Source: an uncultured virus (IMG/VR IMGVR_UViG_3300029955_000017)
Taxonomy: Duplodnaviria > Heunggongvirae > Uroviricota > Caudoviricetes
IMG/VR virus record: IMGVR_UViG_3300029955_000017
Reading direction: 5' to 3' (one strand)
DNA length: 20,000 nt
This document shows, piece by piece, positions 6,125 through 13,752 of this stretch. A program made the translations under genes and the position numbers. The notes beneath the pieces are model-generated. The model saw nothing but the letters and a program-made list of their open reading frames with translations. It was not told where the DNA came from and searched no databases. How positions within the stretch are numbered: the stretch's first letter is position 1; each line of letters starts with the position of its first letter.

Positions 6125-9100
6125 ATGGCCCTGCGCGATTATGAGGCGTTTATCCGGCAGTGTGTTGCGGCGTTCGACCCGAACCTCGACACGACTCCCG
6201 GCTCGCCGTTCGACAACAAGGTCATTCAGCCCCTCGAGCGCCGTTTAGGCCCCGATCCCTTTTCGGTGGACTTGATGACCTTTGTCATCGAGCGCTTGCG
6301 TCAAGCGTACCCGCAAATGGCCACGGGGGAAGCGGACACTCTGACGGATCTCTTGGTCAAACCCGTGACCCTGCTCTGGGATCCACTGGTCCGCGAGAAC
6401 ACGCGCGTGCGTCGCAATTTATCGTTTGCGGATCCCAGCACGCTAACTGCTGAAGAGGCCGATAGCTTGGGCGGCAACTTTTTTGTGCCGCGGCAGCTCG
6501 GCAAGTTCTCTCAGGGGACAGGGCGCGTTTACTTCGCAACCCCACAGCAGATTACGGTGACCCAAAACAATTTCGTCACGGCACTGGGAGGGCTCATTTT
6601 TGTGCCCACGTCGGTGCAGAGCATTCGCAGCGAAGAGATGCTCCTAAACATCGATACGAACGGTCTTTACTACATCGACATTTCCTTGATCGCGAGCGCC
6701 CCGGGAAGCGCGTACGACATCACTCCCAACACGCTGTCGTCCATCGCCAACATCCCGTCGGCGGTGCAGATCACCAACCTGGCGCGCTTTCAAGGAGGGG
6801 ATGACGAAGAGTCCCCCGTGGATTATGCCGGGCGGCTTCAGCAGGGGTTGGGGGAAAAGAGCTTGGTTACCCTGCGCGGCGCCGCGGCCAAGCTGCTGGA
6901 AGCCTTCCCCGCGATCAACCGGTTGAACTTGGTGGGGGCGGGGGACCCGGAGATGCAGCGCGACGTGCTCACCGGTGGCGGGCTAGGGCCCATCGTGGCT
7001 TCGGGGACCGGGGGCGTGGCCATCAGCGATGGGGGCGATGGGGCATTTACGCGACGCTTCTTCACCAACGAAGTGAACTTCGACGACGTCGTCGGGTCCG
7101 AGACCGATTTTGTGCTGACCGTCTTCGGGGCTGTGTCCGGGGTGGCCGCCGCTGTCGACATTGCAGTGCAGCGCGTCGTCGATCAAAACAGCGTCGATCT
7201 CGTAAGTCCTCTTTTGGTGCTGACGACGTCGGGCATCGCATGGATGCTGCGTCAGACGCAATTGACGCTAAGCACCATCCCCGGGGGAATTCTCTTTCCC
7301 AACACGCCCAACGGGGAACTGGTGGTCCCGAGCGGAACCATTCACATAGGGGGCGCTTTTGACTCTTACGTGCGCGGCAATGACTTTGATACAGCCACGT
7401 TGGCCCTCGCCAATGTGGCGGCAGACACCCCGTTGATTTCGGGTGTGCACGCGCTCGTTACGGACAACACGGGGGGCGGCGTAACGAACACGTCCTTGGT
7501 TACGCTGGCGGATTTGCTGCTTGGAGGGAACTACCAAGCGGGAGACAGCACGGACACCGTGCTCGCCACCGCCGAGTACGAGGGGTACGCCTTTCAGCTC
7601 GAGAACGGACCCAACACGGGAACGTATCGCATTCTTGAGTACTTTCCGGCCAGTGCCCCGGGGGGAAATCCAGCCCTTCGTGTAGCGGGTGCTTTGGCGG
7701 TCAGCACCCTTGTACCGGCGCGCTGGCGGCTTTTCAGTGACATCGACGTCAACTTGATTGAACCGAAGCAAACCCATGTGAGCGGGCAGGATTTGGTGGC
7801 GACGCAAGGCAGCGCGCTTGTTACTACCGAAGGGGACATCAGCTTTACAGATTTTGGCGTCAGTAAAGGCGATACGCTTCGAATCCTTGATGGCCCCAAT
7901 GCGGGGGATTACACCATCATCGCTAACCCCCTGGTGCCGGATTACGATTACATCCAGGTGGACCGGGCGCTTGCTTTCTCGAGTACGGATACAAGTTACA
8001 CGGTATTCACGCCGAATAGCGGAAGCCTGACGCTGCCACTGGTGCGCATTACGAGCGTTGAATTGTTGGACTCCAGCGCGCAGCCGCTTGGTAGCTTTAT
8101 TCCCTACGCAAAGCCTATCGACATTCAAAGCCGGTCCTTTCAAAATGCTGGGCAGGGCGTTAAGCACGATCTACGCAACGTTCGTGTAGGGCTCGTCAGC
8201 CTTCAGGCGGATCCCACATCGCTGAGCTTTGTCATTGGCGTGGGCGCTACCACGTTGACATTTTACTTCCCCACGTTGGCGTACCCTGCGGTTACGGTGA
8301 CCTTAACCCCGGGCGCGGTTCTTTTAACTGATCTCATCGACCAGCTCAACGAACTGCTTTTGGTAGGAACTGGGGGTATTTATGCTGAAGTCATCGTTCA
8401 GGTAAACACACGTCAGTTTGGCGTGCGCCCGGTGGGTGACGGCTTCGTAGCCCTCATCGGGGGTACTGCGCGCACCACCTTATTTGGCTACGCCGATTTG
8501 CGCACAACCGCGGATATCCGTACCGACGAAGGCGACACCGTCGACAATTGGTGGGGTACTCTAAACCCCGCCATCGACCCCATTACAGGGCTGGACGTGG
8601 TGCAGATCATCGATGGGCGCAATAGCGGGTTCTACGCGGGTCCTTTCCTTTTGCAGGCGCAGGACACGACCGACTTTCCCCAGGCCGCAGCCTCCCGTGC
8701 TCTGCTCATTGGAAGCTCCCTCGACGCGTTGAGTAATGGGGGCGTCTGCTTTGCTCCTGATGCCCAGCGCCATGTCATTCTGGGTTCGCGGTCCCTTGGC
8801 AGCGCGCGCGTTTACTTCTTGGAACCCACGACGTTCGAGGTCAACGCCAACACCGTCTTTACCTACGACGCGGGCGCGACAGGTTTCATTCAGTTCATCC
8901 CGGACCCCACGCTGAACCAACAGCAGATTCCGCCTCTACCAAACGGTGTAACGCCCACCGATGGGGTGGCTACTGCGGCGGGTACTTCGTTCAGTTCCGC
9001 GAGCCAGGACTTTCTTCTTTCGGGCATTAACATTGGGGATCAGCTCTTCATCGACAACATTCCCCTGGCTGGTACGGTTGCACTGACCAATCCCGTTGTA

Positions 9101-10252
9101 GGGGCTGCTGGAACAACGCTGATTTACAGCATTCAAGACAGCCCGGATCGCCAGCTCGTGTTGGTGCGTGATGACCCAACGATTCCCGCCAATGCCGTTA
9201 CAATGACGGGCATCATCAACCAGATCAACGCATCCATCGGATTGACAGTGGCGTCGTACAACGCCAGCAATCAGCTGACGTTCAGCACAAGTCTTCCCTT
9301 TGTTATTCGAGCGCAGGGAACAGCAAACCCCATTCTGCTAGGGGATATTCTGGGGTATGCGGGGCCTCGTGCGTTCAGCGATGAAGACACCAGTAATGCG
9401 TCGCCGTACAGTTTGGAGGATGGGTACACCGTCACGGATGTGGGCACGACAACGTTAGGGGTAATGCCAGTCTTCACGTCCAGCGACCCCAACTGGCCCG
9501 CTACAATGACGAATCAAACCTTTCGCGTACTGCGCAAAGGGGTGCAGCGGGTATCCACCACGCAAATGGCTGTGCAGATAGCGGAGGCGGGGCTTTACTA
9601 CGTGGATGTGCAGCTCGTTAGCATGGGCGCCGGAGACTTCTGGAACATCACCGACAGTAACCAGATGACGGCCATGGGGTACAAATCCGACGGGTATTAC
9701 TTAACGACCGCCGATTCCAATTTGACGTTCAGCCTTGTCGAGCGGCCTACCTTGATCGTGTCCCGAACCATCCTCGAGCAGGGGGTGGATGATGATCCGC
9801 GAAACGCGACACAGGTTTCTGGGCAGAACCTTCAGATTGCGTACGATCGCTCAGACCTCGTGGGATCCGTTCAAGCGTTTGAGATGAGTGAAACGGAGCG
9901 GGTTGTTTGTGCGAGCCCCCTAAGCCGCCACCTGATCCCTCATTTCGTGCGCTTCGACATGACGTACTACGGGGGTAGCGACGAAAGCGTCGTTCTGGCG
10001 GATGTGCAGACGTACATCAAGAACATTTACCCAACGGATGGGCTGGACGCGTCCGAAGTTCAACAGTTGGCGGGTAATCGGGGAGCGACCAAGGTCACGA
10101 ACCCACTGACCCTCCTCGCAGTGGTTCACTACGAAGACCGCTCCGTTTACATTCAGCGGTCCCAGGATTCTCTGGGTGTCAGCCGTCTAAATGCGTTCTT
10201 CCCTGATGTGCTCAACATCACGCGCAGTCTTTCGAGCACGAGTAACCTATAA
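6125..10252 (+). CDS. very large baseplate J / gp6-like wedge protein (1375 aa)
   Basis: N-terminal LDTTPGS...; GTGRVYF; ASAPGSAYDI; and ITNLARFQGGDDEESPVDYAGRL (the baseplate J 'GG-x-D-x-E' motif). GGAG SD, and the start abuts the previous stop. Confidence 0.8.
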   Translation: MALRDYEAFIRQCVAAFDPNLDTTPGSPFDNKVIQPLERRLGPDPFSVDLMTFVIERLRQAYPQMATGEADTLTDLLVKPVTLLWDPLVRENTRVRRNLSFADPSTLTAEEADSLGGNFFVPRQLGKFSQGTGRVYFATPQQITVTQNNFVTALGGLIFVPTSVQSIRSEEMLLNIDTNGLYYIDISLIASAPGSAYDITPNTLSSIANIPSAVQITNLARFQGGDDEESPVDYAGRLQQGLGEKSLVTLRGAAAKLLEAFPAINRLNLVGAGDPEMQRDVLTGGGLGPIVASGTGGVAISDGGDGAFTRRFFTNEVNFDDVVGSETDFVLTVFGAVSGVAAAVDIAVQRVVDQNSVDLVSPLLVLTTSGIAWMLRQTQLTLSTIPGGILFPNTPNGELVVPSGTIHIGGAFDSYVRGNDFDTATLALANVAADTPLISGVHALVTDNTGGGVTNTSLVTLADLLLGGNYQAGDSTDTVLATAEYEGYAFQLENGPNTGTYRILEYFPASAPGGNPALRVAGALAVSTLVPARWRLFSDIDVNLIEPKQTHVSGQDLVATQGSALVTTEGDISFTDFGVSKGDTLRILDGPNAGDYTIIANPLVPDYDYIQVDRALAFSSTDTSYTVFTPNSGSLTLPLVRITSVELLDSSAQPLGSFIPYAKPIDIQSRSFQNAGQGVKHDLRNVRVGLVSLQADPTSLSFVIGVGATTLTFYFPTLAYPAVTVTLTPGAVLLTDLIDQLNELLLVGTGGIYAEVIVQVNTRQFGVRPVGDGFVALIGGTARTTLFGYADLRTTADIRTDEGDTVDNWWGTLNPAIDPITGLDVVQIIDGRNSGFYAGPFLLQAQDTTDFPQAAASRALLIGSSLDALSNGGVCFAPDAQRHVILGSRSLGSARVYFLEPTTFEVNANTVFTYDAGATGFIQFIPDPTLNQQQIPPLPNGVTPTDGVATAAGTSFSSASQDFLLSGINIGDQLFIDNIPLAGTVALTNPVVGAAGTTLIYSIQDSPDRQLVLVRDDPTIPANAVTMTGIINQINASIGLTVASYNASNQLTFSTSLPFVIRAQGTANPILLGDILGYAGPRAFSDEDTSNASPYSLEDGYTVTDVGTTTLGVMPVFTSSDPNWPATMTNQTFRVLRKGVQRVSTTQMAVQIAEAGLYYVDVQLVSMGAGDFWNITDSNQMTAMGYKSDGYYLTTADSNLTFSLVERPTLIVSRTILEQGVDDDPRNATQVSGQNLQIAYDRSDLVGSVQAFEMSETERVVCASPLSRHLIPHFVRFDMTYYGGSDESVVLADVQTYIKNIYPTDGLDASEVQQLAGNRGATKVTNPLTLLAVVHYEDRSVYIQRSQDSLGVSRLNAFFPDVLNITRSLSSTSNL

Positions 10253-10254
10253 TG

Positions 10255-10623
10255 TCAACGGTGTACTCCGCTGACATCATCATCCAGGGGGATGGTGGGT
10301 ACGAAGTGGCCTTCGTCGACGATCAATCCACTGCGTGGGTTCATCAAGAGCTTGCACGAAAGGCAGCGCAGAAGCGCTTGCGCCGTTGCGCAGTCTGGAA
10401 GCCATGTGGTGCCGGCACCCCGTGCACCACCGATAAATTCACGGATCATGTCGCTGCGGCAGCTCGGGCACACGAATTGGTTGTAGAAGGCGGCGTCTGC
10501 CTTGGCAGCCGGCGCAATTGCATCCGTGTATCCTTGAATGGCCTTGCGCGCGACGTCCGGGTTCAGCGTTTGAACCGCGCCGCGGGCTTGCGCAAAGTCA
10601 GCCAGCGTTATGGTCTTCGACAT
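10255..10623 (-). CDS. Zn-ribbon protein (122 aa), antisense to the structural block
   Basis: From ATG 10623 ([12 protein letters not shown]...), with CPSC and CLSC pairs. It fits exactly between the baseplate J stop (10252) and the fibre start (10641). Confidence 0.7.
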   Translation of the reverse strand: MSKTITLADFAQARGAVQTLNPDVARKAIQGYTDAIAPAAKADAAFYNQFVCPSCRSDMIREFIGGARGAGTTWLPDCATAQALLRCLSCKLLMNPRSGLIVDEGHFVPTIPLDDDVSGVHR

Positions 10624-10638
10624 CGAATGAGGGTAGCA
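10624..10638 (-). promoter_or_regulatory. extended -10 promoter (TGcTACCCT) exactly 6 nt before ATG 10623; leaderless mRNA likely
   Basis: The minus strand reads TGC-TACCCT-CATTCG-ATG, the same geometry as at 4374-4389 and 5453-5465. Confidence 0.5.
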
Positions 10639-10640
10639 GA

Positions 10641-13600
10641 ATGCCGAGTGCTGTAGCGCTTTTGACGTTTTCTCAAGGGTTGCGTGTAGGCAGTCCGGGT
10701 CAGGCACTGATCGTGGTCGACGGCGCTCCCGTCACCATCACCAATGCGGGGAACTCGGGCGTTCAATCCTTTTTGATCGAGCTTCTGTACGCGCCCCCAA
10801 GTAGCAGTCAGCAAATCACCCCGGGTACGCAGCCTCCGACGGTGTTGGCACAGGGTAACGGTGTACCGACGGCCAGTTTGATGCCCGACGAGGGCGTTCA
10901 CGGGTGTTACCGTCTTCGTTTGACGGTGTGGGCGGGGACGAATTACACGGGGCAATCGGACGTCGACATCCGCAACGTCGCGGTGGTGACACCGATCTTG
11001 AAGTCGGTGAAGCCCCCCTACCAAAAGTTTCCGGATCCGTTGCCTCTGGAGGCCACAGGGGTTTCCGGTGCCAAGCCTGATGAGCTGAATTTCGAAGGGC
11101 AGCCGTGGGGATGGTCCGGTTCGGATTCCTATGAACGCACGGAGTACCACCTCTTAGACTCGTTTATGGAGCGCGTGGACGGCTTGGCCAGCGAGGGCAT
11201 CGCCGGCCCCACAGGTCCCGCGGGCGCTACTGGTGCGGCGGGAGCCACGGGAATCCCGGGGCTTGCGGGAGCTACCGGTGCGACGGGAGCCCCGGGCGCT
11301 ACCGGCGCGATGGGGTCGGCCGGGCAGTCTTTGGCCGCCAATTCCATCGACTTGTTCAATCGCGTGGGTCCCACGTTGAACATGTCCGCGAGCTGGCCTC
11401 CGCAGCCTACGGGCGCATTGCTCCCCTGGGGTGCTTTCCCCCAAACGGTTACGGGGGCGCATCCGTTGACGCTTTCGGTAGATCCCACCACGAACGCGGT
11501 GGAAGGGGTTGGGCCTTTTGTTTGGTACACGCGCGTCGGGTCCCGGGACTTGGTACGCGTGGACATGGGCGCCGGGGGTATTTCAAGCAACGCTAGCGTC
11601 GTGGTGCCCTTATTTGGGGTTGCCCCCAACGTGACCATCCTTGGTCATCTACAAACGCCCGGCGCACTCTGGGTTTTTGCGTACACCACCGTTTCTTACA
11701 ACCCGGTGAAGACCCTCATCGCGCGCGTCGACTCCGCTACCACCGCGGTCACGTACGCGTACTACCCAGGAGATGTGAGTGCACCCACGGAGCCTGGGGC
11801 TATTGGACTGACCAACGCGTACGTTGCCCCGGTGTTCAATACGTACCTCGGAAAGATTTTGTTCACGTCGGGGTATGAACAAATCACCACTTTTCTCGTC
11901 TACAGCCTCGACGTTGTAACCGGCGAGGTGGACCATCTCACTCTTTCGCTAACGTCTCTCGATGGAACCCAGACGATGTACTTCACCAACATCATGGGGA
12001 TGTTGATGGTCGGCGCTTACTTGTGGCTGGTTGTCTCTGGTGATTACAGTACTTCGCCGGATATCGGTTCCAACGCGACGTACTTGGTAAAAGTCAATCC
12101 GTACACGTATCAAGCCCTCGATCTTGTCGAGCTGTACACCAGCTCTTCGGGCACGCCCAGCAAGATGCTGGCTACGGCAACCAAGATTTACATTTACCCT
12201 TACCATCCCGGAAGCGCGTCTGAGCCAGGCTACACAACGACGCTCACGCAAGTGGATATGACGACGCTTGCTGTTGAAACCGTGACGTGGTTGGGCGAAG
12301 GAAGCATCACTGCGCTGGCTTACGATGGTACCTACGTGTGGGCTGCGGTGGCGTTGTCATCGGCTCCTGAAATCGGATCACCGGCGCTTCAATTCAATCA
12401 GCTGACACTGGTAGAAACGGCCACGCCGGTTTGGGGGTCGTCGTTTAATGTGAATCAACCGGAACCGGACGGCGTAGAGGGTAACCAGTGGTATTGGGGG
12501 CCTATTGTCGCTTACGACATGGCGTACGACCCGTACACGCAAACGTTGTACGCGGTGGACTCCAACAACGACTTTTTGATTACCTGTGCTTTACCCTCGG
12601 GGGGTACCTGGCTTGGTGGAACGAAGGGCATCGTAAATTGGGGGAATGGCGCGCAAGGCCCCGTGGGAGCCACAGGCACAGACGGTGCAACTGGAGCCAA
12701 GGGGGCTACTGGTGCAACTGGTGCCACCGGTGCAACTGGAGCCACGGGGGCTACTGGTGCAACTGGTGCCACCGGTGCGACGGGTGCAGCGGGGAGCTCC
12801 GGCGCTTTCACGGCGACAACAACCGCAGGGTTCACTCAGCCGGCGGTCAATGCCTCTGTGGTCGTCGCCGTGCCGACGGCACCTTTCACGACCGGGCAGC
12901 AAGTAACGATTCCAGGGGTCGGCACGTACACCGCGACGGTGACGGACGGCTCACATCTAACACTGTTGAATTCGTACCTTACGAAAAACGCCGCGCCGGG
13001 CACCGTCGAGCCGAGCGGGCTTATCGTGACGTCAGGCGGCTTGACGTCGCGAGACGTTCGCACGCCGGTACCCCTGCATGAGTGGTACCTCACCGAATCT
13101 TCGAGCCCATTCGCTGATACGGGGTCGAGTGCTAATCCATTCTCCTTCGCTGTTCTTACGGGTACGTCGGTCTCGTTTCAGCAGGCGGGACCCTTGCAAT
13201 ACGCGGTCGATACGAGCAGCGGCCTAAACCCCCCGCATGGGGGGGCTATGACGGGCGGCAACAACGCAACCGAGGAAATCGTCTACCCGTTTACGCTGAG
13301 TGTGTGGTTCTGGAAGAACTCGAATCCTGGAACATCGGGTTTACTTGGCCGAAGCTACGGAACATCCGGTGGAATTACGAGTTGCTCGTGTGGCCTATGG
13401 GACTACAGCGGTACGCCTGGGTTTGGGTTGTACACTTCCGCGACCGTTACTCTCGTTAGTTCTTATCAGACTATCACTTTGGGTGCCTGGCACAATATTG
13501 TGGGCACCTACGACGGCGCGTACGCGCGCCTGTACTACGACGGGAACCTCGTGCAATCGACGGCGGTAACGGGGGCAATTCAGTGGACGACGACCAACAA

Positions 13601-13751
13601 CTGGTGGTTTGGCGATGAGCTTGTAACGTCGAGTTCGACGCTCAACCCAAATTCCTACCCAGGCATGGTCGCGCTCCCTCGCATTTACAACGTCGCGCTG
13701 ACCGCCGTGCAGGTTCAAACGCAGTACCAAGCCATGATGGGTCGGTTCTAG
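10641..13751 (+). CDS. collagen-repeat fibre / receptor-binding protein with a C-terminal LamG (concanavalin A-like) domain (1036 aa)
   Basis: ATG 10641 has GAGGG 7 nt upstream (the track start at 10518 overlaps the antisense gene). Two G-X-Y tracts; a central beta-rich, propeller-like region ([26 protein letters not shown]); C-terminal FTLSVW...[19 protein letters not shown]...RIYNVALT (Laminin_G_3 pattern). Confidence 0.8.
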   Translation: MPSAVALLTFSQGLRVGSPGQALIVVDGAPVTITNAGNSGVQSFLIELLYAPPSSSQQITPGTQPPTVLAQGNGVPTASLMPDEGVHGCYRLRLTVWAGTNYTGQSDVDIRNVAVVTPILKSVKPPYQKFPDPLPLEATGVSGAKPDELNFEGQPWGWSGSDSYERTEYHLLDSFMERVDGLASEGIAGPTGPAGATGAAGATGIPGLAGATGATGAPGATGAMGSAGQSLAANSIDLFNRVGPTLNMSASWPPQPTGALLPWGAFPQTVTGAHPLTLSVDPTTNAVEGVGPFVWYTRVGSRDLVRVDMGAGGISSNASVVVPLFGVAPNVTILGHLQTPGALWVFAYTTVSYNPVKTLIARVDSATTAVTYAYYPGDVSAPTEPGAIGLTNAYVAPVFNTYLGKILFTSGYEQITTFLVYSLDVVTGEVDHLTLSLTSLDGTQTMYFTNIMGMLMVGAYLWLVVSGDYSTSPDIGSNATYLVKVNPYTYQALDLVELYTSSSGTPSKMLATATKIYIYPYHPGSASEPGYTTTLTQVDMTTLAVETVTWLGEGSITALAYDGTYVWAAVALSSAPEIGSPALQFNQLTLVETATPVWGSSFNVNQPEPDGVEGNQWYWGPIVAYDMAYDPYTQTLYAVDSNNDFLITCALPSGGTWLGGTKGIVNWGNGAQGPVGATGTDGATGAKGATGATGATGATGATGATGATGATGATGAAGSSGAFTATTTAGFTQPAVNASVVVAVPTAPFTTGQQVTIPGVGTYTATVTDGSHLTLLNSYLTKNAAPGTVEPSGLIVTSGGLTSRDVRTPVPLHEWYLTESSSPFADTGSSANPFSFAVLTGTSVSFQQAGPLQYAVDTSSGLNPPHGGAMTGGNNATEEIVYPFTLSVWFWKNSNPGTSGLLGRSYGTSGGITSCSCGLWDYSGTPGFGLYTSATVTLVSSYQTITLGAWHNIVGTYDGAYARLYYDGNLVQSTAVTGAIQWTTTNNWWFGDELVTSSSTLNPNSYPGMVALPRIYNVALTAVQVQTQYQAMMGRF
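11196..11330 (+). repeat. collagen-like G-X-Y tract 1 (15 triplets)
   Basis: [45 protein letters not shown]. Confidence 0.9.
12648..12800 (+). repeat. collagen-like G-X-Y tract 2 (17 triplets) containing a 45-bp tandem duplication at 12684-12773
   Basis: [18 protein letters not shown](GAT)9GAAGSS. DNA units 12684-12728 and 12729-12773 are identical at 44/45 positions. Confidence 0.9.
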
Positions 13752-13752
13752 C

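Noticed and set aside
7268..8167. 299-aa minus-strand ORF and the other antisense ORFs within the large structural genes
   Set aside because: These are shadow ORFs expected in GC-rich coding DNA, with no recognisable motifs.
10588..10614. TTGCGC-N15-TATGGT as a plus-strand promoter for the fibre gene
   Set aside because: The 15-nt spacer is too short and the match could be chance within coding sequence.
10518..10640. N-terminal extension of the fibre ORF given in the track
   Set aside because: It overlaps the antisense gene and has atypical composition. ATG 10641 has an SD-like GAGGG.
10252..10656. Plus-strand 134-aa ORF that would keep the operon co-directional
   Set aside because: It overlaps the fibre start and has an Arg/Cys-scattered, shadow-like sequence. 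The minus-strand ORF has paired CxxC motifs and a promoter motif.
12648..12800. CRISPR-like or non-coding repeat array
   Set aside because: The repeats are in-frame 9-bp collagen codon units with no spacers.
13070..13751. Diversity-generating retroelement target at the fibre C-terminus
   Set aside because: No template repeat differing at adenines and no reverse transcriptase were seen in this window, and the domain is LamG rather than a C-type lectin.
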